64,000 nucleotides of DNA from a candidate division WOR-3 bacterium (lineage in GTDB: Bacteria; Hydrothermota; Hydrothermia; LBFQ01; DSFT01): positions 23,276-87,275 of the forward strand of contig JANXBH010000005.1 of NCBI GenBank assembly GCA_025060695.1, read 5' to 3'. Position 1 is the first letter of the stretch; each line of letters opens with the position of its first letter. This document shows positions 1 to 11,500 of this stretch, in pieces. Position numbers and translations under genes: made by a program. The notes under the pieces are model-generated. The model ran no database searches. It was not told the DNA's origin and saw only the letters and a list, made by a program, of their open reading frames with translations.

Positions 1-308
1 ACGTTCCCCTTTGCTGTTGAAAAATTATTTTTTACAGATATTTCCATAGCTTTGATAATTCTAATACTATCTTCAAGGTATACATTTCCTTTTAAATATA
101 TATCGTCGCTTTTTTGAATATGCTTTAAATATTCTGATTTTATAATATAGTCCTTGCTTCTTACTATTACATTTCCACTAAGTTCAGAAACCCCCATATC
201 TTCATAGTATGTCCCCAAATTTGAGAAAATCTCATAGTTATCAGTTTTTATATATACATTCCCCATTAACTTATAAACATATCCTTTTTCTGTCATTACA
301 ATTTCCAT
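1..308 (-). CDS. partial ORF (open to window edge), OstA/LptA-like repeat protein, N-terminal part
   Basis: My reverse-complement translation from the ATG at 308 gives MEIVMTEKGYVYKLMGNVYIKTDNYEIF..SGNVIVRSKDY..LKGNVYLEDS. The repeated GNV-x-hydrophobic strands resemble the OstA/LptA fold. An in-frame stop lies just upstream of the ATG. Confidence 0.35.
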   Translation of the reverse strand, partial: MEIVMTEKGYVYKLMGNVYIKTDNYEIFSNLGTYYEDMGVSELSGNVIVRSKDYIIKSEYLKHIQKSDDIYLKGNVYLEDSIRIIKAMEISVKNNFSTAKGN

Positions 309-399
309 ATTGTTCGCTTTGAACTCAAAGTATGCAAAAATAAAGGAAATAATACAAATTTTAAAGCCTTAAAATTTTGGAAGTTAGTAGTTAAATTGT

Positions 400-3246
400 A
401 TGTTTTTAGTTCTTACACTAAATTTAGAACTTCATAAGAAAATCCTTGAAAGAAAGGCTTATGTAGAAAGCCAAATACAAAAACTAAATAAAAGAAGAAA
501 TCAATTGGATTTTTATAGACAAAAATTTAATACATTGCAGTTAGATACTATTACAGTTTGTATATTAGCCATAAGGGTGGAATTTCAAAAAGAGGAGCCA
601 GATGACCCTTTAACTACTGGAAATGGAACTTTTGATACTACAAGCTATGGAGCAAAAGGAACTTTTGAATATAAACCTCCATACGATAGTTTATATTTTC
701 TATCAATTTTAGAGTTTTCAAAAAATTACTTTCTTTCTGCTACATATAATAGAATAAAGTTTAAGTATTCAGTCTCTCCAATAGTAAAAGTTCCACATAA
801 AATTAGATATTATGGAGATTTGAACTTCTTTGCACAGGGTATTACTTCATTTTTTAGAGATGCTATTAGAAGTGCGGACCAAAAAGGTGTATTTTCGCAG
901 CCAAGTGCATATTGCAATCCACAAGCTGGAGAGTTAATTTTTAGAAGAATTGCTATATTCTATGCAGGTTCCGCATATCAAACTGATATAAATGGCGATA
1001 GTCCATATGATATTCCTGCCTTAACACTATTTGCGGGAGCATTAGAGTATTATCTTAATGAGCCATATATAGTTGTAAATAATGGGAATGATACAATATA
1101 CGATGGGACATTGCTTCCTCAAACACTGAGACAAGACGGTATAAACGTAGGGCTTGAGGGAACAGTAATTCATGAACTAAATCATTTAATATTTTTTGTA
1201 GATGACCTATATGACTATAGTGGACTTGGTACGGGGGCAGGATATTTTGATATAATGGGAACAGGTGGATATGGAGGTGATATAGATAATATTCCTGAGG
1301 GATATTTACCAACACTTCCCGGTGCATATACTAAGTTATATATGGACAGTATTTTTAATCTTATATGTCCAAGCTGTCAAAGAATTATAATGCCAAATGA
1401 AATTATGAATATACTACCAAGTGAAGTAGAGCAGGTTTTAAATACCTTACCTTCAAGTTTTTATCCTCAATTCTATAAAATTCCGTTTGACAATAAGGAG
1501 TATCTTTTGCTTGAATTTAGGAAAAGAGAAAAGTTAATGGACAATAAAGTTGAATTTATATGGAATAGTGATAGTTCATTAAGATTTGGTATAAAAGATA
1601 ACGAGTGGGATTATGCATTACCTGGAGAGGGTATTTTAATTTGGCATGTAGATAGAAATATTATAGATTCATTTCGTATTGACTTTCAAAGCAATAGACC
1701 TATGGGTGTTAGTATTATTGAAGCAGACGGTATACCTGATTTTCAGTATTTTATAAAATATCCAGAAGGATGGAAAGGTTCAAAATACGACTTATTTTAT
1801 AGTCCGCATAAAAATATTATTACTTCATATACTTATCCATCCCTTAAAAGTAATGAAGATAAAATTACTGGATTTGAAATTTACGATATTTCAAGTGTTT
1901 CATCTTCAATGAATTTTAAAATAAAAAATAGTATACTTTGGAAAGTTTATTTTGGAAATGAAAATTATAAGTTTCAAAGACAACTCTTCATTAGAGAGGG
2001 AAATATTGTTGCGCTTCTGTTTGATGGACATTTAGATACATTAGATAAGACATCTAATACGATAAGTATATACTCTGAACTCTATCTATTTAAGAAAAAT
2101 GGAGAAAGCTATTATAATCAGCCCTTAGTTAAAACATTTTCTCAAGTTAGAGACTTTACATTCTATCCATTTTTATTTAAATATCCTCCTCTCATTGCTG
2201 ACTTTAATAATAATGGGACTTATGAAGTATACATGGGAAATACTGACGGAAAAATATATAGTTTTATTATTTCAAACACATTTTCAAATAATTATATACA
2301 AAACTTTAATTTTCCTATAAGAAGTTGTTTAAGAAAATTCAAAAACTATATACTATTTGGCACTGATGAGGGGAAAGTTTTTCTATTTGAACCAATTACA
2401 AGAACAGTCTATAAGTCAAATTATCTTGGCTTTCCTATATCTACTTGTTTTCAGATAAAGAACGATACTATTTATTTACAAGGTATTGATGGAGTTTTTT
2501 ACATGCTTAATGATACTCTTGGAATTATAGGCAAAAAGGAACTTGAAATATTACCAAAACCTATAGAAGTTATTCCTATTGTTCTGAAAGATAGGATATA
2601 TACTCTTACGAATAATTACCTTTGGATACTTGATAAGAGCTTAAATATTTTAAATCAAGTTAAGCTAAAGTCAAGACCTATAAACTTAAGTTATTATAAA
2701 GATGGTATTTTAGTTATAACAAGGGATGGCATATATAAATATAGCTTTGAGGGTGCTTTGATGGGCTATATAAATGAAAAAATGAGCTTTTCTTTGTCTT
2801 CTGATAATAACATTATCTTCAATTCGTTTTTATTTAACTATTCAAAGAGCTTTTCAGATTTATATCCTATTATTACCGACAGTATTTTTGCTTATTCGGA
2901 CATAAAAAATAATATATACTTTTGGAGATTTAACTCAAATGAAATTTTTGTTGCATCTATTTACGATTATAAAGATATTTCTGATTTTAAAATACCAAAG
3001 AAAATTAAACCTATGGTCTATCCAAATCCAGTAAGGAAAAATGAGAAATTTACGGTAAGATTTTATGCTGAAGAATTGAAAACTTATAAAATCAAGATTT
3101 TTGACTTTTCTGGAAGAATAGTATTTGAAAGGGACGTGGATGTGAAGATGAAAGGAATAAACGATATATTAGTTGATAATAATTTTAAGGCAGGGGCATA
3201 TATAGTAGATATTAATGGAGAAAGAGCTAAGTTTTATCTAAAATAA
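400..3246 (+). CDS. M6 (immune inhibitor A)-like zinc metalloprotease with T9SS-type C-terminal sorting domain
   Basis: HExxH motif (VIHELNHLIFF). M6-like blocks ILAIRVEFQ, GILIWHVD and IEADGIPD. C-terminus VYPNPVRKNEKFTVRF..KIFDFSGRIV..GAYIVDINGERAKFYLK matches the Por_Secre_tail pattern. Confidence 0.7.
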   Translation: MFLVLTLNLELHKKILERKAYVESQIQKLNKRRNQLDFYRQKFNTLQLDTITVCILAIRVEFQKEEPDDPLTTGNGTFDTTSYGAKGTFEYKPPYDSLYFLSILEFSKNYFLSATYNRIKFKYSVSPIVKVPHKIRYYGDLNFFAQGITSFFRDAIRSADQKGVFSQPSAYCNPQAGELIFRRIAIFYAGSAYQTDINGDSPYDIPALTLFAGALEYYLNEPYIVVNNGNDTIYDGTLLPQTLRQDGINVGLEGTVIHELNHLIFFVDDLYDYSGLGTGAGYFDIMGTGGYGGDIDNIPEGYLPTLPGAYTKLYMDSIFNLICPSCQRIIMPNEIMNILPSEVEQVLNTLPSSFYPQFYKIPFDNKEYLLLEFRKREKLMDNKVEFIWNSDSSLRFGIKDNEWDYALPGEGILIWHVDRNIIDSFRIDFQSNRPMGVSIIEADGIPDFQYFIKYPEGWKGSKYDLFYSPHKNIITSYTYPSLKSNEDKITGFEIYDISSVSSSMNFKIKNSILWKVYFGNENYKFQRQLFIREGNIVALLFDGHLDTLDKTSNTISIYSELYLFKKNGESYYNQPLVKTFSQVRDFTFYPFLFKYPPLIADFNNNGTYEVYMGNTDGKIYSFIISNTFSNNYIQNFNFPIRSCLRKFKNYILFGTDEGKVFLFEPITRTVYKSNYLGFPISTCFQIKNDTIYLQGIDGVFYMLNDTLGIIGKKELEILPKPIEVIPIVLKDRIYTLTNNYLWILDKSLNILNQVKLKSRPINLSYYKDGILVITRDGIYKYSFEGALMGYINEKMSFSLSSDNNIIFNSFLFNYSKSFSDLYPIITDSIFAYSDIKNNIYFWRFNSNEIFVASIYDYKDISDFKIPKKIKPMVYPNPVRKNEKFTVRFYAEELKTYKIKIFDFSGRIVFERDVDVKMKGINDILVDNNFKAGAYIVDINGERAKFYLK

Positions 3247-3359
3247 CGAAAATTTTAATCAAAAGTTTTGCAAAAGAGAACAGAATATTGGCTACTGAAG
3301 CATGTATATTTTTAAGAAAATGTTTTAATTAAAAAGTCAAGTTTAAAATTTCAAAGTTC

Positions 3360-4115
3360 TTGAATATATTTCAAGCATTCATTTTGGGAATGGTTGAGGG
3401 TATTACTGAGTTTTTACCAATATCCTCAACAGGACACTTAATTTTAACCTCTAAACTTCTTTCAATAAACCAAGATGAATTTACTAAATCTTTTGAAATA
3501 ATTATACAGATGGGTGCAATCTTGTCAGTTGTTTTCATATATTTTAAAAAATTGATATCAGATTTAAGATTAATAAAAGTGCTTTTTATTGCATTTTTAC
3601 CTTCTGCAATTTTAGGTTTTTTGTTTTCAGACTACATAAAAAATTATTTTTTTAACTATATAGTAGTTTCAATTATGTTAGTTTTTTGGGGAACAGTGTT
3701 TATATTAGTAGAAAAGCTAAATGAAAAGAGAAAAAGTTTTAGGTCATACTTAGATTATAGAACTGCTTTCTTAGTTGGTGTTTTTCAGTGCTTTTCTTTA
3801 ATTCCGGGAACTTCTCGCTCAGGTGCTACAATTATTGGAGGTATGATATTAGGTTTAGATAGGAAAACAGCTACTGAATTTTCATTTTTATTGTCAGTTC
3901 CTACGATAGTTATTGCAAGTATATACGAATTTACAAAGGAAAGTCAATTTTTATTAAATTCAAATTTTTCCGTTCTTATCGTTGGTTTTATTACATCATT
4001 CGTTTTTGCCTATCTTTCTGTAAAGTGGTTAATAAACTTCGTCTCACATCATACTTTTATTGCTTTTGGTATTTATAGAATTTTATTAGGATTGATATTT
4101 TTAGTGTTTGCATGA
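3360..4115 (+). CDS. uppP: undecaprenyl-diphosphate phosphatase
   Basis: N-terminal GMVEGITEFLPISSTGHL signature, internal PGTSRSGATI motif, polytopic membrane profile. TTG start. Confidence 0.9.
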   Translation: MNIFQAFILGMVEGITEFLPISSTGHLILTSKLLSINQDEFTKSFEIIIQMGAILSVVFIYFKKLISDLRLIKVLFIAFLPSAILGFLFSDYIKNYFFNYIVVSIMLVFWGTVFILVEKLNEKRKSFRSYLDYRTAFLVGVFQCFSLIPGTSRSGATIIGGMILGLDRKTATEFSFLLSVPTIVIASIYEFTKESQFLLNSNFSVLIVGFITSFVFAYLSVKWLINFVSHHTFIAFGIYRILLGLIFLVFA

Positions 4116-5332
4116 AAGAAGTATTAGATATTTTAAATTCGTTTATAAACTATGAAAAAATTGGGACTATTCCAAGGGATTTGGAGAATTTTAAGAATTT
4201 CTTAAAAAAATTTGACAATCCACAACATAAGCTTAAGAATGTTGTTCACGTTGTAGGGACAAAGGGTAAAGGTTCAGTTAGTTTCTATTTATCAAGATTT
4301 CTTATAAATGCGGGTTTTAAGGTTGGAACTTATATTTCTCCACATCTTGTAAATATTAGAGAAAGAATAATGTTAGATTTAAATCCAATTAGTGAGAACG
4401 ATTTTGTAAGAATATTTCATAATGTATACAAAAACATGGAGATTAAATCTAAGAATTTTAGGACATTCTTTGAAACTCTTACTGCTATGGCTTTTTTGTA
4501 TTTTCTTGAAAACAACTGCGATTATTGTATTATAGAGGCAGGTCTTGGAGGAAGACTGGATGCTACTAATGTGTTTGATAAAAGTAATGTTATAATTACA
4601 AAAATCCACTACGACCATATGAATGTCTTAGGAGATACATTAGATAAAATAGCTTTTGAGAAGGCAAGTGTAATAAAGAAAAATTCATTAGTTTTTACTT
4701 CTTATCAGGAAAAAGAGGTTATGAAGGTTATAAATGATTTTGTTATGAAAAATAGTGCAGAGTTGTTTTTCGTTGAATTTGAAACTATAAATAGTTCACT
4801 ATATGGTGTTGAGTTTAGAGTAAAAGATAGAGTTTTTAAAACTCCTTTAGTTGGAAGCTTTCATGCTTATAATGCAAGTCTTTCTATTATTGCATTTGAA
4901 AAATTAACAAATATGAAATTTAAAAATGAGTTGTTTAAAGACATAAGAATACCGGGAAGATTTGAGGTTTTTAAAATAGGACAAAAAACAATAGTTTTAG
5001 ATGTTGCACATAACTACATTTCTATCTTAGAAACTATAAGTAATACTATTGACTTGTTTCATAAAGAGCCTATCATTATATTTTCACTCTCAAAGGATAA
5101 AGATTTAGAAAATATTTCAAGAATCATAAAACCATATCTTGTATTGCTTCCTCATATTGAAAATCCGAGACTGCTAAAGCCTCATGAAATTTCAGAATAT
5201 TTAGAAAAATATCTCATTTTTAATACTTTGAAAGATGCAATAGATTTCGCTATGCATAGTGATTTTGATATTGTCTTAATTACAGGTTCTAACTTTTTAG
5301 TTTCTGAATTTTTAGGACTTTATGCTTTATAA
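4112..5332 (+). CDS. folC: folylpolyglutamate synthase / dihydrofolate synthase (Mur ligase family)
   Basis: P-loop VVHVVGTKGKGSV, ISPHL motif, EAGLGGRLDATNV block. 4-nt overlap with uppP. Confidence 0.85.
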   Translation: MKEVLDILNSFINYEKIGTIPRDLENFKNFLKKFDNPQHKLKNVVHVVGTKGKGSVSFYLSRFLINAGFKVGTYISPHLVNIRERIMLDLNPISENDFVRIFHNVYKNMEIKSKNFRTFFETLTAMAFLYFLENNCDYCIIEAGLGGRLDATNVFDKSNVIITKIHYDHMNVLGDTLDKIAFEKASVIKKNSLVFTSYQEKEVMKVINDFVMKNSAELFFVEFETINSSLYGVEFRVKDRVFKTPLVGSFHAYNASLSIIAFEKLTNMKFKNELFKDIRIPGRFEVFKIGQKTIVLDVAHNYISILETISNTIDLFHKEPIIIFSLSKDKDLENISRIIKPYLVLLPHIENPRLLKPHEISEYLEKYLIFNTLKDAIDFAMHSDFDIVLITGSNFLVSEFLGLYAL

Positions 5333-5349
5333 TTTTCGCACTTTTTAAT

Positions 5350-5423
<74 letters not shown>

Positions 5424-5426
5424 TTT

Positions 5427-5576
5427 ATGCGTATTATAGTTGCTCTTGAGTGTAAAGCGTGTGGTAGAAGAAACTATACAACTACTAAAAATAGGGATAA
5501 AAAGGAAAAGCTAAGTTTGTCAAAATATTGCAAGTGGTGTAAGAAACACACTGAACATGTAGAAAAGAAAATTTAG
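5427..5576 (+). CDS. rpmG: 50S ribosomal protein L33
   Basis: Not in the ORF track (49 aa). My translation is [49 protein letters not shown]. It has two CxxC pairs typical of zinc-ribbon L33 and the conserved position before secE-nusG. Confidence 0.85.
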   Translation: MRIIVALECKACGRRNYTTTKNRDKKEKLSLSKYCKWCKKHTEHVEKKI

Positions 5577-5590
5577 TTTGGAGGTATAGA

Positions 5591-5806
5591 ATGAATAAAG
5601 CCCTTGAGTATATTAAAAGTTTTCCAAAATTCATAAGTGAGTCTATAGAGGAAACGAAGAAATTGACATTTCCTACAAGAGAGTCAATATTAGCAGGGAC
5701 TCTTGTAGTTTTTTTAGTTTCTATAATACTTATAGTTTATATTTTTGCGATTGATTTTATAGTTTCAAATATAGTTGCATATATTATAAGGTTGTTTGGA
5801 GGTTAG
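5591..5806 (+). CDS. secE: preprotein translocase subunit SecE
   Basis: 71 aa with a single C-terminal TM segment. The ETKKLTFPTRES block matches the SecE E-x-KKV-x-WP motif. SD GGAGGT upstream. Synteny with nusG. Confidence 0.85.
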   Translation: MNKALEYIKSFPKFISESIEETKKLTFPTRESILAGTLVVFLVSIILIVYIFAIDFIVSNIVAYIIRLFGG

Positions 5807-5809
5807 TTT

Positions 5810-6385
5810 ATGCAGACTAAGGAGAAAGTTTGGATAGTTTTTCATACACGTACAGGTAGGGAGAAAAAAGTTAAGAAAATCATAGAAAATCTAATAAAAA
5901 ATATGAACTTAGAAGATAAAATTAGTAAAGTTTTAGTCCCAGTAGAGACTGTTGAAAAAACTAAACAGCTAAAAGGAGGTATTATAAAGAGAGTAAGAAT
6001 TGAAAAACCTATACCTCAGTATAAAGGTTATATTTTTGTGGAAATGGAAGAAGACCCGAACTTGGTTGATTTAATAGTGAAAGCGACAAGTATGAAAGCA
6101 TTACTTTCAAAGGATGAAGAAGGAAATTGGGAATTTACAACTTTAACTCAAGAACAAATAAAACATATAGAAGAGATTGTTGCGAGAGAAAACGAAAGAA
6201 AGAAGTTGCAATCACCATTCGTTAAGGGTGAAAAAGTAAAAATAGTAGCAGGACCATTTAAAGATAGAGAAGGTGAAGTAATTGACGTTATGCCTGAGAA
6301 ATCAAAGATGAAGGTAAGAATAGATATATTTGGAAGACCAACAGAAGTAGAAATAGATTTTATACAGGCGGAAAGAATATCATAA
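5810..6385 (+). CDS. nusG: transcription termination/antitermination factor NusG
   Basis: NGN domain (WIVFHTRTGREKKV) and KOW motif (GEKVKIVAGPFKDREGEVIDV). SD GGAGGT upstream. Confidence 0.95.
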   Translation: MQTKEKVWIVFHTRTGREKKVKKIIENLIKNMNLEDKISKVLVPVETVEKTKQLKGGIIKRVRIEKPIPQYKGYIFVEMEEDPNLVDLIVKATSMKALLSKDEEGNWEFTTLTQEQIKHIEEIVARENERKKLQSPFVKGEKVKIVAGPFKDREGEVIDVMPEKSKMKVRIDIFGRPTEVEIDFIQAERIS

Positions 6386-6397
6386 GGAGGTTCAATT

Positions 6398-6832
6398 ATG
6401 CCTGCTAAAAAAGAAATTACTGCGAAAGTGAAGCTTCAACTACCTGCAGGACAAGCAACACCTGCACCACCTGTTGGACCGGCACTTGGACAACATGGTG
6501 TTAATATTATGGATTTTGTAAAGAAATTTAACGATGCAACAAGAGATAAAATAGGAATGATACTTCCAGTTGAAATTACTATATACAAAGATAGAACTTA
6601 TGATTTTATAGTAAAGACACCTCCTGCTTCATTTTTGATTAAGAAGGCTGCAGGTATTGAAACAGGTGCTCACAGACCGGGACATGAAGTAGTCGGTAAG
6701 ATTACAAGAAAACAACTAAGGGAGATTGCCCAGATGAAGCTTCCTGACTTAAATACTACTGATTTGGAGGCAGCTATGAGAATAATTGAAGGGACTGCAA
6801 GGAATATGGGCATAAAAGTGGTGGAGGACTAA
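6398..6832 (+). CDS. rplK: 50S ribosomal protein L11
   Basis: [34 protein letters not shown] is the canonical L11 N-terminus. SD AAGGAGG upstream. Confidence 0.97.
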   Translation: MPAKKEITAKVKLQLPAGQATPAPPVGPALGQHGVNIMDFVKKFNDATRDKIGMILPVEITIYKDRTYDFIVKTPPASFLIKKAAGIETGAHRPGHEVVGKITRKQLREIAQMKLPDLNTTDLEAAMRIIEGTARNMGIKVVED

Positions 6833-6833
6833 T

Positions 6834-7553
6834 ATGGCAAAGCGTGGAAAAAGGTATTTGAACCTTTTGAAAAAATACGATATTTTAAAGGAATATACAT
6901 TAAAAGAGGCAGTTGAAATTGTTAAATCACTAAATAGTGCAAAATTTGAAGAAACTGTAGAACTTTCCATAAAGACTAACTTGGATCCTACTAAAGCTGA
7001 CCAGATTATTAGGGGTGCAGTAGTTCTTCCCTATGGGAGAGGTAAAAAGGTTAGAGTTCTTGCTATTGTAAGGGATATTGAGAAGGAAAAAGAAGCAAAA
7101 GAAGCGGGTGCTGATTATGTAGGTTTTTCTGAATATTTAGAGAAAATAAAAGAAGGGTGGCTTGAATTTGATGCAGTTGTTGCTACTCCAGATGTAATGC
7201 CTGAACTTGGAAAACTTGGTAAGATATTGGGTCCAAGAGGTCTCATGCCATCACCAAAAACAGGCACAGTAACAAATGAAATAAGACAAGTTGTATCAGA
7301 ACTCAAAAAAGGAAGAATAGAATATAAACTTGACAAGAGTGCCAATTTACATTTGCCTGTTGGAAAAGCATCATTCCCATCTGAACATTTATATGAAAAT
7401 ATATTAGCGGTTTTTGAAGAAATCATAAAAAACAAACCACCAGGTGCTAAAGGTTCATTTATAAAATCTGCACACATATCTTTAACTATGAGTCCTTCAA
7501 TAAAAATTTCACTAAACGATATATTCAAAACTATAAAGGAGAGGACAAAATGA
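6834..7553 (+). CDS. rplA: 50S ribosomal protein L1
   Basis: MAKRGKRY.. N-terminus, GPRGLMPSPKTGTVT motif, synteny. Confidence 0.97.
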   Translation: MAKRGKRYLNLLKKYDILKEYTLKEAVEIVKSLNSAKFEETVELSIKTNLDPTKADQIIRGAVVLPYGRGKKVRVLAIVRDIEKEKEAKEAGADYVGFSEYLEKIKEGWLEFDAVVATPDVMPELGKLGKILGPRGLMPSPKTGTVTNEIRQVVSELKKGRIEYKLDKSANLHLPVGKASFPSEHLYENILAVFEEIIKNKPPGAKGSFIKSAHISLTMSPSIKISLNDIFKTIKERTK

Positions 7554-8074
7554 TAAGTGTTTCAAAAGTAAGGAAGAAAGAAATTATAGATATAACTAAA
7601 GAACTTATCTTAAAATCAAAGGGCTTTTATGTAATAGACTACAAGGGTTGGAATGTAGCTCAAGTAAATGAATTAAGGAAGAAATTAAAAGAAAAGTCCG
7701 CTTACATGAAAGTTATTAAAAATACTTTATTTCAGATAGCTTTGAACGAATTAAATATAAGATTATCAAATAAACTTGAAGGTACGAACGCATTTATATT
7801 TGTTCTTAAAGATGAAGTGGAGCCAATAAAATTAATATCCAATTTTATAAATGAAACAAACAAAGGTGCTTTAAAATTAGCCTATTTAAATGGATTAGAA
7901 TATAATAAAGAGCAAGTAGAGTTAATTTCTAAACTTCCTTCAATTGACGAGTTAAGGGCAAAGGTTATTGGTTCAATAAGTTCTCCTATTTACAGTCTTG
8001 TATATAGTCTAAAAGGACTAATAAATAAATTGGTTGTTCTTTTAAGTCAAATAAAGGAAAAAAGGGAGGAGTAA
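7550..8074 (+). CDS. rplJ: 50S ribosomal protein L10
   Basis: Size, position between rplA and rplL, L10-like N-terminal domain, SD AAGGAGAGG upstream. Confidence 0.9.
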   Translation: MISVSKVRKKEIIDITKELILKSKGFYVIDYKGWNVAQVNELRKKLKEKSAYMKVIKNTLFQIALNELNIRLSNKLEGTNAFIFVLKDEVEPIKLISNFINETNKGALKLAYLNGLEYNKEQVELISKLPSIDELRAKVIGSISSPIYSLVYSLKGLINKLVVLLSQIKEKREE

Positions 8075-8078
8075 GTGT

Positions 8079-8465
8079 ATGGCAAAACTAACAGTTGAAC
8101 AGATTGTGGAGGCAATTGAAAGCCTCACTGTAATTGAGCTTTCTGAGCTTGTAAAAGCTCTTGAGCAAAAGTTTGGTGTTTCCGCTGTTGTTCCTGTTTC
8201 CGCCTCCGCAGTTTCAGCACCTACAAGTCAAGCAGCACCTGTGGAAGAAGAAAAATCTGTATTTGATGTATTATTGGTTGATGCAGGTGATAAAAAAATT
8301 CAAGTTCTAAAAGTAGTAAGAGAACTAACAGGACTTGGCTTGGCGGAGGCAAAAGCCCTTCTTGAAAATCTTCCAAAACCAATAAAAGAAGGAGTTTCAA
8401 AACAGGAAGCAAATGAAATAAAGAAAAAATTAGAAGAAGTAGGTGCTAAGGTAGAATTAAAGTAA
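8079..8465 (+). CDS. rplL: 50S ribosomal protein L7/L12
   Basis: The pattern [26 protein letters not shown] .. Ala/Pro hinge .. [19 protein letters not shown] is canonical. Confidence 0.95.
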   Translation: MAKLTVEQIVEAIESLTVIELSELVKALEQKFGVSAVVPVSASAVSAPTSQAAPVEEEKSVFDVLLVDAGDKKIQVLKVVRELTGLGLAEAKALLENLPKPIKEGVSKQEANEIKKKLEEVGAKVELK

Positions 8466-8480
8466 GCCCCTTTGGGGCTT
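8464..8480 (+). terminator. GC-rich hairpin between rplL and rpoB (attenuator/partial terminator candidate)
   Basis: AAGCCCC-TTT-GGGGCTT forms a 7-bp stem overlapping the rplL stop. No U-tract follows. The position matches the known rplL-rpoB attenuator of other bacteria. Confidence 0.45.
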
Positions 8481-8502
8481 AAATAAACTCAATGGGGGCT
8501 TT

Positions 8503-11500
8503 ATGGTAGTAAGAATAGGTTATAAAAAAGAACTTTATGAAATGCCCGATTTATTAACTGTTCAATTAGAATCTTATAAGAATTTTCTTCAAGAGGATAT
8601 TCCACCTAGTGAAAGGACATCAGAAAGCTTACATGGATTATTTAACGAAATATTCCCCATAATTGACTTGCAAGGCAGATATAGACTAGAATACATAAGT
8701 TATAGAATAGAAAAGCCCAAATATACGCCTGATGAATGCATACAAAAGAACTTAACCTATTCTGTGCCTATATTCTTAAAAATTCGTCTAAAGAAAATAA
8801 GACCTCAAACTAATGTTATAGAAAATGAAATAGAACAAGAAATATACTTTGGTGATATACCTTATATGACACCTAAAGGAACATTTATTATAAATGGTGT
8901 AGAAAGAGTTGTTTTAAGTCAAATACATAGAGCGCCTGGGGTATATTTTACAATTCAGGAAAAAGAAACTGAAGTATATACTGCTTTACTTGTCCCATAT
9001 AGGGGACCATGGATAGCTTTTACTATTGATGGTTCTAAAGTTATAAGCATGACGGTATCTAAAAGAAGAAAAATACCTGTTAGTAGATTTTTAAGGATTT
9101 TGGGGTATGAAGATTATAGGTCGATAATCAGTAATTTCTTGAAGGTAGAGGAGTTTTCTATAGATGATGAAAGATTATTAAGTGGTAATTACATTTTAGC
9201 TGATGATGTAGTAAGCGAAGAAACAGGAGAGTTGATATTTCAGATTGTGACTGAAAAAGGAGAATTTGTAAGAAAAGAGATAACTCAAAAATTTATAGAG
9301 GAATTAGAAAAAGAAGGGGTCAAAAAATTAAAAGTTTTAAACATGCAAGATCCTGCTACTGAAGCAATGATAACCACATTTAGACAAGATAGAATAAAAG
9401 ATGCACAAAAATCCCTTGCTAATATTTATAGAGTTTTAAAATACACTCAACCTAAAAGTCTTCAGGATGCGAAATTTGCAGTAGAAGATTTTTTCTTTTC
9501 TGGCACTAAATTGTTCTTAGGTGAAATAGGAAGATATAAGTTAAACCTTAGATTAAAACACGATGATAAAGGTTTTGCTATTCCACCTGAAAATACTTAT
9601 TCATTAACAAGAGAGGATTTTGTAGTTATAGTAAAAAGACTATTAGATTTATATAGAGGGGAAGAAATTGAAGATGACGTAGATGATATTTCAAATCGTA
9701 GAGTTAGGAGAGTTGGTGAAAGATTATATGAACACTTTAGAAACTCATTAATAAGAGCTTCCAAAGCCATAAAGGAAAAGCTATTAACTGAAATGGAAGA
9801 TGTTACTCCAAAAAAGCTATTTAACCCAAGACTAATAACAGCATCTATAAATAACTTCTTTACTACTGATACGCTTTCTCAGTTTCTTGATCAGACTAAT
9901 CCCTTAGCAGAACTAACACATAAAAGAAGAATTTCAGCACTCGGAAAAGGTGGCTTATCGCGTGAAAATGCAGGTATTGAAGTAAGAGACGTTCACCCAT
10001 CTCACTACGGAAGAATTTGCCCTATTGAAACTCCCGAAGGACAGAACATAGGTCTTGTGCTATCACTAACAACATATGCCATGATAGATAATTTTGGATT
10101 TATAAGAACACCACTAAGAAAAGTTAAAAATGGAACTTTAACTAATGAGGTTCTTTATGTTGCACCTTATGAAGAGGTAGACTATAGAATTGCAGGTGCA
10201 GATTTGAAAATCGCAAATGGTAAAATTATTGATAAAAGAATAATTGCAAGACATAAAAGAACATATAAAATTGTTTCTAATAAAGATGTAGACTATATAG
10301 ATGTATCTCCTAGGCAATTAGTATCACCTTCATCATCTCTTATTCCATTCTTAGAGCATGATGATGCAAATAGAGCTCTTATGGGTTCTAACATGCAAAG
10401 ACAAGCAGTTCCTCTTTTAATACCTGAATCACCAATTGTAGGGACAGGAATGGAGTCTAAAATAGCCAAAGATTCTGGAACGTTAGTTTTAGCAAAAAGA
10501 AGTGGTACAGTATCCTACGTGGACTCCAATAAAGTTATAATAATTCCAGATGAAAAGGAAGATGACTTTTTCGGTATTGATGAATATAAACTTCTAAAGT
10601 TTCAAAGATCAAATCAGAATACTCTTGTTCATCATATTCCTGTTGTAAAAATTGGTCAGAAAATTAAAAAGGGTGATATTATTGCGGAAATGGTAGCGGT
10701 AAAGGATGGAGAATTATCCCTTGGTAAGAATCTACTTGTTGCATTTATTCCTTGGTATGGATATAACTTTGAAGATTCTATAGTGGTTTCGGAAAGATTT
10801 TTAAAAGACGATATATTCACCTCTATACATATTGACAGCTACGAGATAGAAGTTAGGGAAACTAAACTTGGTCCAGAGCAGATAACAAGAGATTTACCGG
10901 GTGTGTATGAAGAAAGCCTTAGAAATCTTGATGAGCATGGAATAGTAAGAATAGGAACTGAAGTAAAGCCAGGAGATATTCTTGTTGGTAAAATTACACC
11001 TGAGGGAGAAAGAGAGCTAACACCGGAGGAAAGACTATTACAAACTATATTTGGTGAAAAAACAAAAGGTTATAGAAATACATCACTAAAAGTCCCACCT
11101 GGAGTTGTAGGAACTGTAGTAGATGTTGTAATTTTAACTAAATACGCGGAAAACGAGTTTTCAAAGAAAATATTAGAAGAAAGAAAAGAGAATGCTAATA
11201 AGAAGTATAAAGAAAGTATTGAAAGAGTAAAGAGTAGACTGATTGAGTTATTAGAAGAAAATCTAAAAGGTATAAAGTTTAAGAAAAATATTTATACCAA
11301 GGATGGAGAATTGGTTTTCAAAACAGGCGAAACCTTCTCGAAAGATAAAGTGGATGATCCACTTAAGTTGGTATTCGCTGATGGTTTTGTCGAAGACAAA
11401 ACCGTTATTTCAAAAATAAATAATTTCTATTCAGGAGCAAAGTCATTTATAAAGTCAATTGAGGATAATTATAAACTGGAGCTCTCGAGGATTGAAAGGG

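Noticed and set aside
7866-7880. A GTGCTTTAAAATTAG copy of the promoter-like motif inside rplJ.
   Set aside because: It lies within a conserved coding region, and the nearest downstream ATG is out of frame. It is probably a chance occurrence in AT-rich sequence. I record it as a caveat on motif specificity.
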